A stretch of DNA of 48,501 nucleotides from Candidatus Aminicenantes bacterium (GTDB taxonomy: Bacteria; Acidobacteriota; Aminicenantia; UBA2199), in assembly GCA_027318645.1 (NCBI GenBank), contig DAHVOV010000078.1, forward strand, positions 1 through 48,501, in the 5' to 3' direction. How positions within the stretch are numbered: the first letter of the stretch is position 1; the number at the start of each line of letters is the position of its first letter. Under the pieces are notes generated by a model, which saw nothing but the letters and a program-made list of their open reading frames with translations, did no database searches and was not told where the DNA came from. Shown piece by piece: positions 35,200-45,285 of the stretch. A program made the position numbers and the translations under genes.

Positions 35200-37026
35200 T
35201 CATTCCACGGTGACCGACTTGGCCAGGTTGCGCGGCTTGTCGATGTCGCGCCCCTTGCTGCGGGCGATGAAGTAAGCGAAGAGCTGCAGCGGCACGATGT
35301 TCAGCACCGGCTGCAGGATGGGCAGGGTCTCGGGGACGCGGATGACGTCGTCGCAGACCTCGGTGATGCGGCCGTCGCCCTGGCTGGCGACGGCCAGCAC
35401 GCGGCCGTTGCGCGCCTTGATCTCCTGGATGTTGCTGAGCATCTTGTCGGCGGTGGCGTCCTGGGTGACGATGGCCACGGTGGGGAACTCCGCGTCGATC
35501 AGCGAGATGGGGCCGTGCTTCATCTCGCCGGCCGGGTAGCCCTCGGCGTGGATGTAGGAGATCTCCTTCAGCTTCAGCGCCCCCTCCATGGCGGTGGGGT
35601 AGTTGTGCTGGCGGCCGATGAACAGGAAGTCCTGGTAGCGCGCGTAGCGCTGGGCGATGTCCTTGATGTGCTCGATGTCGGTGAGGATGCCCTTCACCTG
35701 GCGCGGCAGCCTCTTGAGCGCCTGGATGACGGCGCTGCCCTCGGTGAAGGAGAGGCCCTGGTAGCGGCCGATGAGCAGGGCCATCAGCGTCAGCACCACC
35801 AGCTGCGAGGTGTAGATCTTGGTCGAGGCCACGCCGAACTCGGGGCCGGCGTGGTTGTAGACCCCGGCGTCGGTGACCTGGGCGATGGCCGAGCCCACGA
35901 CGTTGACCACGCCCAGGATCAGCGCCCCCTTGCGCTTGGCCTCGCGGATGGCGGCCAGGGTGTCGGCCGTCTCGCCCGACTGCGACAGGGCCAGCACCGC
36001 CGTGTCGGCGTCGAGCTTCAGCCGGCGGTAGCGGAACTCCGAGGCCACCTCGACCTCGACGTGCAGCTCGCACAGGCTCTCGAAGATGTAGCGGCCGCAC
36101 AGCCCGGCGTAATAGCTGGTGCCGCAGGAGACGATGACCAGCCGCTTCAGGTTCTTCAGCCGCTCCAGCACCGGCTCCAGGCCGCCGAGCTTGGAGACGC
36201 CCTCGGACTCGAGCAGGCGGCCGCGGCAGGCGTTCTCGATGGCCTCGGGCTGCTCGAAGATCTCCTTGAGCATGTAGTGCTCGAAGCCCTTCTTGTCGGC
36301 CTCCTCGCCGCGCCCCTCGCGGATCTCGATCTCCTTCTGCAGGAATTCGTCGTTCAGGTTCTTGATGTGGTAGCCGCCGGGGCTGAGCACCGCCATCTCG
36401 TCGTCGTTGAGCGAGATGACCTTCTGGGTGTAGGGCAGCAGGGCGTTGGCGTCGGAGGCGGCGAAGAACTCGCCTTCGCCCAGGCCGAGGATGATCGGGC
36501 TGCCGCGGCGCGCCGCCACCACCTGCTCTGGCGCGTCGGCGTGCATCACCGCCAGGCCGAAGGTCCCCTCCAGGCGCAGGACCGCCAGGCGCACCGCCTT
36601 CTCCAGGTCGCCGGCGAAGCACTCCTCGATCAGGTGGGCGACGACCTCGCTGTCGGTCTCCGAGCGGAAGGCGTGGCCCTTGGCCTGCAGCTCCTGCTTC
36701 AGCTCCAGGTAGTTCTCGATGATGCCATTGTGCACGACGGCCACCCGCTCCCGGCAGTCCAGGTGCGGATGGGCGTTCGCCTCCGACGGGCGGCCGTGGG
36801 TGGCCCAGCGCGTGTGGGCGATGCCGCAGTGGCCGGGCAGTGGCCGCTCGATCCCCTTCTTCTCCAGGTCGGAGACCTTGCCCACGGCGCGGACGACGTT
36901 CAGCCGGCCGCCGTCGGCCACGGCCAGGCCGGCCGAGTCGTAGCCGCGGTATTCCAGCCGCTTCAGCCCGTCGAGCAGGAGCGGCCGCGCCGCCCGCCCC
37001 CCGCAGTAGCCGATGATGCCGCACAT
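35200..37026 (-). CDS. glmS: Glutamine--fructose-6-phosphate aminotransferase (608 aa)
   Basis: MCGIIGY N-terminal nucleophile, SIS domains, C-terminal …[18 protein letters not shown]. Confidence 0.95.
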   Translation of the reverse strand: MCGIIGYCGGRAARPLLLDGLKRLEYRGYDSAGLAVADGGRLNVVRAVGKVSDLEKKGIERPLPGHCGIAHTRWATHGRPSEANAHPHLDCRERVAVVHNGIIENYLELKQELQAKGHAFRSETDSEVVAHLIEECFAGDLEKAVRLAVLRLEGTFGLAVMHADAPEQVVAARRGSPIILGLGEGEFFAASDANALLPYTQKVISLNDDEMAVLSPGGYHIKNLNDEFLQKEIEIREGRGEEADKKGFEHYMLKEIFEQPEAIENACRGRLLESEGVSKLGGLEPVLERLKNLKRLVIVSCGTSYYAGLCGRYIFESLCELHVEVEVASEFRYRRLKLDADTAVLALSQSGETADTLAAIREAKRKGALILGVVNVVGSAIAQVTDAGVYNHAGPEFGVASTKIYTSQLVVLTLMALLIGRYQGLSFTEGSAVIQALKRLPRQVKGILTDIEHIKDIAQRYARYQDFLFIGRQHNYPTAMEGALKLKEISYIHAEGYPAGEMKHGPISLIDAEFPTVAIVTQDATADKMLSNIQEIKARNGRVLAVASQGDGRITEVCDDVIRVPETLPILQPVLNIVPLQLFAYFIARSKGRDIDKPRNLAKSVTVE

Positions 37027-37046
37027 GCCGTCCTCCCGGCGCCGCC

Positions 37047-38426
37047 TCAGGCGAAATGGGTCAGGCTGGGCTTGCCCAGCGGGTACACGTTGAAGCCGAT
37101 CTCGTGCAGGCGGCGGTGGTCGAGCAGGTTGCGGCCGTCGAACACGAACGCCGGTTTGCGCATGGCGGCGAAGATGCGCCCGTAGTCGAGGTCGCGGAAC
37201 TCGCGCCACTCGGTGACCACGGCCAGGGCCTGGGCATCGGCGGCGGCGCGGTAGGGATCGGGCTCGAAGGCCACGTCGCCGGCGACGCCGGCCAGGTCGG
37301 CGCGGGCGTTGTCCAGCGCCTGCGGGTCGCAGATGGCCAGCACGGCCCGCTCCTCGAGCAGCCGGCGCGCCACGCGGATCCCCGGCGACTCGCGGGTGTC
37401 GCCGGTGTCGGCCTTGAAGGCGAAGCCCAGCAGGGCGATCTTCTTGCCCACCACGGTGTGGAACATCTCGCGGATGATCGCCTGCACGAAGCGCTCCTGC
37501 TGGTAGTCGTTCATGGCCACGACCGCCTGCCAGTAGTCGGCCACCTCGTTCAGCCCGTAGCTGCGCGCGATGTAGACCAGGTTGAGGATGTCCTTCTTGA
37601 AGCAGGAGCCGCCGAAGCCGACGCTGGCGTTCAGGAAGCGCGGCCCGATGCGGCGGTCGCTGCCCACGGCGTAGGAGATCTCGCCCACGTCGGCGCCGGT
37701 CTTCTCGCACAGCGCCGACACCGAGTTGATCGAGGAGATGCGCTGCGCCAGGAAGGCGTTGGCCACCAGCTTGGACAGCTCGGCCGACCACAGGTTGGTG
37801 GTGATGATCCTCTCGCGCGGCACCCAGCGGGCGAAGATGTCGACGATCTCCTGCGCCGCCCGCCGCCCGTCCTCGCTCTGCCGCGAGCCGATCAGCACGC
37901 GGTCGGGCTCCAGCAGGTCGCGCACGGCCGTCCCCTCGGCGAGGAACTCGGGGTTGGAGACGACCTCGAAGCGCAGCCCTTTCCGGTTCTCCTGCAGGAT
38001 GCGCTCCATGGCCTCGGCGGTGCGCACCGGCAGCGTGCTCTTCTCGACGATGACCTTGGGCCCTTCCGCGTGCGCCACGATCTCGTGGGCCGTCCGCTCC
38101 CAGTACTGCAGGTCGGAGGCCATGCCGGCGCCGTGGCCGAAGGTCTTGGTCGGCGTGTTCACCGAGACGAAGATGATGTCGGCCTCGCGGATGCCGGCGG
38201 CGATGTCGGTGGAGAAGAAGAGGTTGCGGCCGCGCGCCTGGCGCACGACCTCGGGCAGCCCCGGCTCGAAGATGGGCAGGCGGTCGCCGTTCCAGGCGCG
38301 GATGCGCTCGGCGTTGACGTCGACCACCGTGACCTTGAGGTCGGGGCACTGGGCGGCGATGACCGCCATGGTCGGGCCGCCGACGTAGCCGGCGCCGATG
38401 CAGAGGATGTTCTTCTTGAACGTCAT
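37047..38426 (-). CDS. ugd: UDP-glucose 6-dehydrogenase (459 aa)
   Basis: ILCIGAGYVGGPTMAV, GFGGSCFKKD (catalytic Cys context) and AFKADTGDTRESP. Confidence 0.9.
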   Translation of the reverse strand: MTFKKNILCIGAGYVGGPTMAVIAAQCPDLKVTVVDVNAERIRAWNGDRLPIFEPGLPEVVRQARGRNLFFSTDIAAGIREADIIFVSVNTPTKTFGHGAGMASDLQYWERTAHEIVAHAEGPKVIVEKSTLPVRTAEAMERILQENRKGLRFEVVSNPEFLAEGTAVRDLLEPDRVLIGSRQSEDGRRAAQEIVDIFARWVPRERIITTNLWSAELSKLVANAFLAQRISSINSVSALCEKTGADVGEISYAVGSDRRIGPRFLNASVGFGGSCFKKDILNLVYIARSYGLNEVADYWQAVVAMNDYQQERFVQAIIREMFHTVVGKKIALLGFAFKADTGDTRESPGIRVARRLLEERAVLAICDPQALDNARADLAGVAGDVAFEPDPYRAAADAQALAVVTEWREFRDLDYGRIFAAMRKPAFVFDGRNLLDHRRLHEIGFNVYPLGKPSLTHFA

Positions 38427-38450
38427 GGTCGCTCCATGGGGGAGGAAGCC

Positions 38451-39548
38451 CTAGCGCACGCCATAGTACTCCCGGTACCAGCGGATGAACCGCGCCACCC
38501 CCTCCTCCACCGGGGTCTGCGGGGCGAAGCCCACCCGGCGGCGCAGGTCGTCGATGTCGGCGCTCGTCTCCGGCACGTCGCCCGGCTGCATGGGCAGCAG
38601 GACCTTGCGCGCCTCGCGGCCCAGGTTCTTCTCGACGAGGCCGATGAAGCGCAGCAGGTCGACGGGGCGGTTGCTGCCGATGTTGAAGACGCGGTAGGGG
38701 GCCGACGAGGTGGCCGGGTCGGCGCGCCGGGCGTCCCAGCCCGGGTCGGGGCGCGGCGGATCGTTCAGCACCCGCCACACCCCCTCGACGATGTCGTCGA
38801 TGTAGGTGAAGTCGCGCTTCATGTCGCCGTGGTTGTAGACCTCGATGGGCTCGCCGGCCAGGATGCGGCGGGTGAAGATGAAGAGCGCCATGTCGGGCCG
38901 GCCCCAGGGCCCGTACACGGTGAAGAAGCGCAGCCCGGTGGCGGGGATGGCGAAAAGGTGGGCGTAGCTGTGGGCCATCAGCTCGTTGGCCTTCTTGCTG
39001 GCCGCGTAGAGGGAGAGCGGGTGGTCGACGTTGTGCCCGGCGGCGAAGGGCTGCACGGCATTGCCGCCGTAGACCGACGAGGAGGAGGCGAAGACCAGGT
39101 GCTCCACCGGCCGGCGGCGGCAGCCCTCCAGGATGGCCATGAAGCCGGCCAGGTTGCTGTCGACGTAGGCCCAGGGGTCCTGGAGCGAATAGCGCACGCC
39201 GGCCTGGGCGGCCAGGTGGACGACCCGCCCCGGCCGCTCGCGCTCGAAGACGGCGGCAACCGCCTCGCGGTCCTTCAGGTCGGCCTGGTAGAACACGAGC
39301 CCCGGCCGCTCCAGCCGCGTGCCGGCGCGGCGCTCGAGCCCGGCCGTCTCGGCCTCGGAAAAGCCGAGCTGGCGCAGGCGGGCCAGCTTCAGCCCCACGT
39401 CGTAGTAGCCGTTCAGACAGTCGAGGCCGACGACCGGGATTCCCTCCTGGAGCAGGCGGCGGGCAAAATGGAAGCCGATGAAGCCGGCGATGCCGGTAAG
39501 CAGCACGGCTGGCTTGGCGGTCGAGGCACGCTCGCTCCCAGGTTTCAT
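38451..39548 (-). CDS. UDP-glucuronate 4-epimerase-like extended SDR (365 aa)
   Basis: LTGIAGFIGFHF and YAASKKANE (YxxxK). The length and motif pattern match GalE-family UDP-GlcA epimerases, and the gene sits directly upstream of ugd. Confidence 0.75.
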   Translation of the reverse strand: MKPGSERASTAKPAVLLTGIAGFIGFHFARRLLQEGIPVVGLDCLNGYYDVGLKLARLRQLGFSEAETAGLERRAGTRLERPGLVFYQADLKDREAVAAVFERERPGRVVHLAAQAGVRYSLQDPWAYVDSNLAGFMAILEGCRRRPVEHLVFASSSSVYGGNAVQPFAAGHNVDHPLSLYAASKKANELMAHSYAHLFAIPATGLRFFTVYGPWGRPDMALFIFTRRILAGEPIEVYNHGDMKRDFTYIDDIVEGVWRVLNDPPRPDPGWDARRADPATSSAPYRVFNIGSNRPVDLLRFIGLVEKNLGREARKVLLPMQPGDVPETSADIDDLRRRVGFAPQTPVEEGVARFIRWYREYYGVR

Positions 39549-39598
39549 GGCAAAACTCCGTTGCAGTCGGGCACGGGCGCGCCGGCCTGACCGGCAGT

Positions 39599-39626
39599 AT
39601 TATAGTATAACCATGCAAAAAGTGAA
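39599..39626 (-). promoter_or_regulatory. Candidate promoter of the nucleotide-sugar operon (TTCACT-16-TATAAT)
   Basis: Minus strand: TATAAT (39599-39604), with TTCACT 16 nt upstream. A ~50-nt leader with ACGGAG precedes ATG 39548. Confidence 0.4.
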
Positions 39627-39807
39627 AGAGACGGGAGGGCGTGAAGGAACAGCAAGGCGGGCAGGAGCCGGCCCGAAGCGGCCGGCTGCGGCACGCGCCC
39701 GGAAAGAGCCGGCTCCTTCACCCGGCCCCCCCTCAAAGGTCGGCCGCGCCCGCTTTTTTCCCATTCGCCCATGCCCGTTCCGCATGCCCGGCCCGGCGGG
39801 ATCGCGA

Positions 39808-39836
39808 TTGACAAGCGGCGGGGGCTCCCGTACAAT
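39808..39836 (+). promoter_or_regulatory. Sigma70-type promoter, consensus -35, TTGACA-17-TACAAT placed 6 nt before ATG 39843
   Basis: TTGACA 39808-39813, 17-nt spacer, TACAAT 39831-39836, then CGATGG and the ATG. Confidence 0.7.
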
Positions 39837-39842
39837 CGATGG

Positions 39843-40139
39843 ATGGAACGCAACGAGATCCTGGCGCGCCTCGACGCGATCCGCGCTGAGGTGCGGGCCG
39901 CCAATCCCGGCATCATCCGCCGGCTGATCGTCGAGGAGCACCTCCACGTCCAGGTCTCGAGCCGCCGCTCCCTCGCCGGCCGGCTGGTCAATGCGCTGCG
40001 CCGCAGGCTCCTGGCCGAGGTGGAGCTCGGCCTGCGCCCGCTCCTGGACCGCCAGCGCGAGATCAACCTGCGCCTGCTGAAGGAAGTGGAGTCGCTGCAA
40101 GAGGAGCTGGCGCGGCACGACCATGGGCAGCGCTCCTGA
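39843..40139 (+). CDS. Small coiled-coil protein (98 aa) heading the glycosyltransferase string
   Basis: MERNEILARLDAIRAEV…LLDRQREINLRLLKEVESLQEEL. The start is inferred from the promoter geometry. No family assigned. Confidence 0.55.
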   Translation: MERNEILARLDAIRAEVRAANPGIIRRLIVEEHLHVQVSSRRSLAGRLVNALRRRLLAEVELGLRPLLDRQREINLRLLKEVESLQEELARHDHGQRS

Positions 40140-41202
40140 CCCGTCCGCCGCTCCCCTGACCGTGGCGGTCTGCGCCCCGCAGGTGCCCTTCGTCACCGGC
40201 GGCGCTGAGGAGTTCGTGCGCGGGCTGTGCGCCGAGCTGGCGCGGCGCGGCCTTCGCGTCGAGCTCGTCACCATGCCCTACCGCTGGTACCCGCGGCGCC
40301 AGCTGCTGCGCAGCGTGAGGATGTGGGAGCTGGCCGACCTTCGCGAGAGCGACGGCCAGCGCGTCGACCTGGTCATCTCCACCAAGTTCCCCTCCTATTT
40401 CGTCCGCCACCCGCGCCACGTGCTGTGGCTGACCCACCAGTACCGCCAGGCGTACGACCTCTACGGCACTCCCTATTCCGACCTCTCGCCCGCGGGCCTG
40501 CGCGGCCGGCTCTTCCGCGGCCGCTTCGTCCGCCGCGACACCGCCGCCCTGGCCCGCATCCCCGTGCGCTTCACCATATCGGCCAACACCAGCGACCGCC
40601 TGCGGCGCTTCAACGGCATAGGCTCCGAGCCCCTCTACCACCCCTCGCGCCTGGCCGCCGCGCTCCGCTGCCAGGGCTACGGCGACTTCGTCCTCTCGGT
40701 CGGCCGCCTCGACCCGCTGAAGCGGGTCGACCGCCTGCTCCAGGCGCTGGCCCGCGCCGACAAGGGGCTGCGCGCGGTCATCGCCGGCAGCGGCCCGACC
40801 GAGGACGGCCTGCGGCGCCTGGCCACCGACCTCGGCGTCTCCTCGCGCGTCGAGTTCGCCGGCCGCGTGAGCGACGAGAGGCTGGTGGAGCTCTACGCCG
40901 GCTGCCTGGCCGTGTGGTACGCCCCCATCGACGAGGACTACGGCTACGTCACCCTGGAGGCCTTCGGCGCCGCCAAGCCGGTGCTGACCTGCTCCGACTC
41001 GGGCGGGACCCTGGAGTTCGTCCGCGACGGCCGCAGCGGCTTCGTCCTGCCGCCGGACGATCCCGCTGCCGCCGCCCGCTGCCTCGACCTGCTGCGCCAG
41101 CGGCCGGGCGAGGCGGAGCGGCTCGGCCGCGAGGGGCGGGAAGCGGTCCGCGGCATCACCTGGGAGGGCGCCGTCTCCCGGCTGCTGGAGGCCCGGCCGT
41201 GA
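40123..41202 (+). CDS. GT4-family (GT-B fold) glycosyltransferase (359 aa)
   Basis: The C-terminal half has the EDYGYVTLEAFGAAKPVL…GGTLEFV pattern (EX7E-like). 17-nt overlap with the small ORF. Confidence 0.85.
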   Translation: MGSAPDPSAAPLTVAVCAPQVPFVTGGAEEFVRGLCAELARRGLRVELVTMPYRWYPRRQLLRSVRMWELADLRESDGQRVDLVISTKFPSYFVRHPRHVLWLTHQYRQAYDLYGTPYSDLSPAGLRGRLFRGRFVRRDTAALARIPVRFTISANTSDRLRRFNGIGSEPLYHPSRLAAALRCQGYGDFVLSVGRLDPLKRVDRLLQALARADKGLRAVIAGSGPTEDGLRRLATDLGVSSRVEFAGRVSDERLVELYAGCLAVWYAPIDEDYGYVTLEAFGAAKPVLTCSDSGGTLEFVRDGRSGFVLPPDDPAAAARCLDLLRQRPGEAERLGREGREAVRGITWEGAVSRLLEARP

Positions 41203-42389
41203 GGATCGCCTGGTTCTCGCCGCTCAATCCCCAGCCCAGCGGCATCTCCGACTACAGCGAGGAGCTGCTGCCGGAGCTGGCGCGGCACGCCGAGATCGAC
41301 GTCTGGGTCGATCCCGCCTGGAAAGGGATCCCCGGCGACGCCCCCTCCTTCCGCGTCCGCCCCTACACGGCCGCCTCGTTCCCTGCCGGCGAGTACGACC
41401 AGGTCGTCTTTCACGTGGGCAACGACTACGCCGCCCACCGCTACATGCTGGCGGCGCTGGAGCGCCATCCCGGCGTGGTGGTGCTCCACGACCTGGTGCT
41501 GATGGGATACTACGCCGCCTGGCTGGACGCCGGCCGCCGCTTTCCCGCCTTCGTCGAGTTCCTGAAGCGCTACTACCCCGGCAAGGCCCGATGGATCGAC
41601 GCCCTCCTCGCCCACCGCCCCCCGTTCGCCCTCTGGGAGGACGAGCTGGCCCTGCAGCTGCCGATGAACGAGGAGGTCTGCGGCCGGGCCACGGCCCTGA
41701 TCGCCCACTCGCGCTTCGTCCTCGACCGCCTCGAGCTGCCGCCGGCGCTGCCGCGCGCCGTCATCCCCCACCACGGCCACCGGCCGCGACAGGTCGACCG
41801 CGGCGCGGTGAGGCGGGCGCTGGGCGTCGCCGACGGGGAGCTGCTGGCCGTCTCGGCCGGCTACGTCACCCCGGGCAAGCGCTACGCGACGGTACTGGCC
41901 GCGCTCGACGAGCTGGGCCGCGCCGACCTGCGCTACCTGATCGCGGGCAGCGACCGCGACGGCCTGCTGGGGCGCCTGGGCGCGGAGCGGCGCCGCAACG
42001 TCCTGGTCCGCGGCTTCGCGCCCCTGGGCGAGATGGAGGGCTGGATCGCCGCCGCCGACATCGGCGTCAACCTGCGCCACCCGACCATGGGCGAAAGCTC
42101 CGGCTCGCTGCTGCGCATGCTCAGCAACGGCCTGCCGACGCTGGTCAGCGACACCGGCGCCTTCGCCGAGCTTCCCGACGGCTGCGCCGTCAAGGTCCCC
42201 GCAGACATCGACGAGCGCGAGACGATCAAGGCGGCGCTGGCGGTCCTGGCCGGCGACGCCGATTTCCGCCGCTCCCTGGGCCGCGAGGCCGTCGCCTACG
42301 CCCGGGAGACCTGCGGCAGCGAGCGCTGCGCCCGGCTCTACGCCGAGTTCCTCGCCGGCCTGCCGCCGCGACCCAAGGAGGCCCCATGA
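41199..42389 (+). CDS. GT4-family glycosyltransferase (396 aa, GTG start)
   Basis: VRIAWFSPLNPQPSGISDYSEEL… and the C-terminal GESSGSLLRMLSNGLPTLVSD. GTGA overlap with the upstream stop. Confidence 0.8.
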   Translation: MRIAWFSPLNPQPSGISDYSEELLPELARHAEIDVWVDPAWKGIPGDAPSFRVRPYTAASFPAGEYDQVVFHVGNDYAAHRYMLAALERHPGVVVLHDLVLMGYYAAWLDAGRRFPAFVEFLKRYYPGKARWIDALLAHRPPFALWEDELALQLPMNEEVCGRATALIAHSRFVLDRLELPPALPRAVIPHHGHRPRQVDRGAVRRALGVADGELLAVSAGYVTPGKRYATVLAALDELGRADLRYLIAGSDRDGLLGRLGAERRRNVLVRGFAPLGEMEGWIAAADIGVNLRHPTMGESSGSLLRMLSNGLPTLVSDTGAFAELPDGCAVKVPADIDERETIKAALAVLAGDADFRRSLGREAVAYARETCGSERCARLYAEFLAGLPPRPKEAP

Positions 42390-42856
42390 CCGATCCCCGC
42401 TTCGCCGCCGCCCTCGAGGAGCTGCGCCGCGAGTACGGCCGCCTGGCCGAGGCGCAGCCCGGCGTCGACGCCATCGCCAACGAACCGGTCGACCGCGACT
42501 TCGCGCCCGACTACTGGAGCTACGACGGCGCCGACCTGGAGAACGAGATGTGGAGCCGCATGAGCGAGCTGGAATCCGGGCTCGACATCCTCTCGGCGGG
42601 CGGCTGGCCCGGCGGGCTGCGCGCCAAGCTCCGCCACCTGGCCCTGCGCCTGGCCGGCCCGCTGGTCCGCGCCGCCCTGGCGCGCCAGGACACCTTCAAC
42701 CGCCGCGTCCAGCGCCAGCTGTTCCTAGACTTCCTGGCCAGCAAGAGGATGCGCCAGCGGCTGCAGCTGCTGGAGGCCGACCGCCGCGAGCTGCTCGCCC
42801 GCCTGGACATCGCCGAGGCGACCCTGGCGGCCCGCGAGGGGGACCGCCATGAGTGA
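42386..42856 (+). CDS. Small helical/coiled-coil protein (156 aa), distantly similar to the 39843-40139 product
   Basis: ATGA overlap. LRHLALRLAGPLVRAALARQDTFNRRVQRQLF parallels LVNALRRRLLAEVELGLRPLLDRQREINLRLL. Confidence 0.55.
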   Translation: MTDPRFAAALEELRREYGRLAEAQPGVDAIANEPVDRDFAPDYWSYDGADLENEMWSRMSELESGLDILSAGGWPGGLRAKLRHLALRLAGPLVRAALARQDTFNRRVQRQLFLDFLASKRMRQRLQLLEADRRELLARLDIAEATLAAREGDRHE

Positions 42857-44195
42857 GACGCCGCAACGCGCCGCCGACGGGCGCGAGGAGCTGATCGCGG
42901 CCGCCGCCGCGGAGCTGGCCGCCCTGCGCGGGGAAGCGGGCGGCGCGGCCCGGGCCGGCCGCCTCGTCGCCGGCCTCGCCGCCCGCGCGGGCACGGGGGC
43001 GGCCTGCAACGCCGTCGACCTCTGCCAGCTGCTCCTCGGCCTGCGCCGGCCGCGCATCGCCGTCTACGACCACACCTGGCACTTCATCGGCGGCGCCCAG
43101 AAGTACGGCGCCACGCTGGCCGAGGCTCTGCTGCCGCTGGGCGACGTCACCCTCGTCGGCAACCGCCCCTTCGCGGTCGCCGACCTGCAGTCCTGGTACC
43201 GGCTGGACCTGGGCGCCTGCGCCACGCGCGTGGTCCCGCTGCCGTTCTATGAGGAGCGGGGCGACGACTACATCGACCCGGCGCGCATCGTCTCGCGCGC
43301 CATGGAGAACCCCTTCCACGCCGTCAGCCGCGCCAGCCTGGGCTACGACCTCTTCGTCAACAACAGCATGCTGAAGATGGTCTGCCCCCTCTCCCCGCGC
43401 TCGCTGTTCATCACCCATTTCCCCGAGCGCCGGCCGCGCAGCTACTTCTACGTCGGCCGCTACAGCCGCGTGGTGTACAACAGCCGCTACACCCGCGGCT
43501 GGATCGAGACGCGCTGGGGGCTGGAGCCGCACGCCCACGTCTACCCGCCGGTGGACATGGAAGGCGAGCTGACCGAAAAGGAGACGCTGATCCTGTCGGT
43601 GGCGCGCTTCGATCCCGGCGGCAACAAGCAGCAGCTCGACATGCTGCGCGCCTTCCTCCTGCTGCGGCAGACCCGGCCCGCGGACTGCCGCGGCTGGAAG
43701 CTCGCCCTCGCCGGCGGCAGCCACGGCGAGAACCCCTACCTGGCCCAGGTGCGCGACTTCCTGCGCGCCCATCCCGCGCTTCCCGTGGAGCTGCACGTCA
43801 ACGCCTCCCGCGACGAGGTGGCCGGCCTCTACCGCCGGGCCGCCCTCTTCTGGCACCTGTGCGGCCTGGGCCAGGACGACCCGGCGCGGGTGGAGCACTT
43901 CGGCATGACCGTCGCCGAGGCGATGCAGAACGGCTGCGTGCCCCTGGTCTTCGCCGGCGGCGGCATGCCGGAGATCGTCGCCGACGGCCGCAGCGGCTTC
44001 CTCTTCGCCAGCGTGAGCTCGCTGCTGGAGCAGAGCGCGCGGCTGCTGCGGGACCCCGGCCTGCGCGCGTCGCTGGCCGGCGCCGCCCGCCGGGAGAGCC
44101 GGCGCTTCAACAAGGAGGCCTTCGCCGAGCGCGTGCGCGCGCTGGCCGCCGAGCTGCTGCCGTCGCCGGCCGCCGGACATGCGCCTGGCCGTTGA
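42849..44195 (+). CDS. GT4-family glycosyltransferase (448 aa)
   Basis: EHFGMTVAEAMQNGCVPLVFAGGGMPEIV motif. 8-nt overlap with the upstream gene. Confidence 0.8.
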   Translation: MSETPQRAADGREELIAAAAAELAALRGEAGGAARAGRLVAGLAARAGTGAACNAVDLCQLLLGLRRPRIAVYDHTWHFIGGAQKYGATLAEALLPLGDVTLVGNRPFAVADLQSWYRLDLGACATRVVPLPFYEERGDDYIDPARIVSRAMENPFHAVSRASLGYDLFVNNSMLKMVCPLSPRSLFITHFPERRPRSYFYVGRYSRVVYNSRYTRGWIETRWGLEPHAHVYPPVDMEGELTEKETLILSVARFDPGGNKQQLDMLRAFLLLRQTRPADCRGWKLALAGGSHGENPYLAQVRDFLRAHPALPVELHVNASRDEVAGLYRRAALFWHLCGLGQDDPARVEHFGMTVAEAMQNGCVPLVFAGGGMPEIVADGRSGFLFASVSSLLEQSARLLRDPGLRASLAGAARRESRRFNKEAFAERVRALAAELLPSPAAGHAPGR

Positions 44196-45285
44196 CCTGC
44201 GCCCCGCCCTCTCCGGCGCCACCGGCGTCGGCCTGTACATGGAGCGCCTGCTCGCCGCCATGGCCGGCCGCCCCGACGCCCCCGAGCTGAGCCTGTTCTG
44301 CGCCTCGCTGAAGGAGCGCTTCGACCCGCAGCGCCTGCCGGCGGCGCTGCGCAGCCGCCTCGTCGACCGCCGCCTGCCGGTGCGCCTGCTCAACCTCGCC
44401 TGGCACCGCCTGCGCTTCCCGCCGGTCGACTGGCTCCTGGGCCGCCGCGTCGACCTCTCCCATTCGCCCACGCCCATGCTTCTCCCCTGCCGGGGCCGCG
44501 CCGTGGTCACCGTTCACGACCTGTTCTTCATGGCCCGGCCCGAGCTGGCCCGAGGCGAGATGCGCCGCCAGTACCCGCGGCTGCTGGCCGCCAGCCTGCG
44601 CCGCGCCGACGGCGTCATCTGCGTCTCGCGGGCCACGCGCGACGCCCTGGCCGAGCGCCTGCCGGATGTCGCCGGCCGCGCCGTCGCCATCCATTTGGGG
44701 GTGGGCGGGGAGTTCCTGGACCCGGCGCCGACGGAGGCGCCGCCGCCCGCCGGGCTGCCGCCGCGCTATCTCCTGTTCGTGGGCACCATCGAGCCGCGCA
44801 AGAACCTGCCGCTGCTGCTGCAGGCCCTGCTCGACCTGCGCCGCTCGGGCCTGGCCATCCCGCTGGTCGTCGCCGGCGGCCGCGGCTGGGGCCTCGACGA
44901 GTACCTGCGGCTGAGGAACAAGCTGGGAGGCCAGGTTCTCGAGCTCGGCTACGTCCCGGCCGCGCTCCTGCCCGGCCTCTACCGCGGCGCCGCCGCCCTG
45001 GCCCTCCCCTCCCTCGACGAGGGGTTCGGCTTCCCCGTCCTGGAGGCGCTGGCCAGCGGCGTGCCGGTCCTCTGCTCCGATATTCCCGCCTTGCGCGAGG
45101 TCGGCGGCGACCGGGCATCCTACTTCGACCCGCGCCGGGGCAGCGACCTGAGCGAGCGGCTGGCCGCCCTGTGGCGCGGCGAGACCCGGTTCGATGCCGT
45201 TGCCGCCCGCGCCCACGCCGCCCGCTTCACCTGGGAGGCGACCGCCGCCGCCACCATCGCCTTCTACCGCCGGCTGCTCCCGTGA
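44179..45285 (+). CDS. GT4-family glycosyltransferase (368 aa)
   Basis: LLFVGTIEPRKN… and PSLDEGFGFPVLEALASGVPVLCSD. 17-nt overlap. Confidence 0.85.
   Translation: MRLAVDLRPALSGATGVGLYMERLLAAMAGRPDAPELSLFCASLKERFDPQRLPAALRSRLVDRRLPVRLLNLAWHRLRFPPVDWLLGRRVDLSHSPTPMLLPCRGRAVVTVHDLFFMARPELARGEMRRQYPRLLAASLRRADGVICVSRATRDALAERLPDVAGRAVAIHLGVGGEFLDPAPTEAPPPAGLPPRYLLFVGTIEPRKNLPLLLQALLDLRRSGLAIPLVVAGGRGWGLDEYLRLRNKLGGQVLELGYVPAALLPGLYRGAAALALPSLDEGFGFPVLEALASGVPVLCSDIPALREVGGDRASYFDPRRGSDLSERLAALWRGETRFDAVAARAHAARFTWEATAAATIAFYRRLLP

Noticed and set aside
37027-37046. glmS ribozyme or riboswitch upstream of glmS
   Set aside because: Only 20 nt separate glmS from the ugd stop, leaving no room for the ~170-nt ribozyme.
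35200-39618. 1472-aa ORF on the minus strand spanning glmS, ugd and the epimerase region
   Set aside because: Only the last 608 codons (from MCGIIGY, 37026) are GlmS. The upstream part is an Arg/Pro/Gly-rich open frame typical of high-GC DNA, and it overlaps the genuine ugd and epimerase genes, which lie in other frames and have their own SDs.
39600-39770. Possible plus-strand small RNA ending at the T-run near 39763-39768, with an AGCCGGCC/GGCCGGCT hairpin at about 39671-39692
   Set aside because: I could not find a plausible plus-strand promoter or a hairpin adjacent to the T-run. The region is more simply the divergent promoter and leader region of the two flanking operons.
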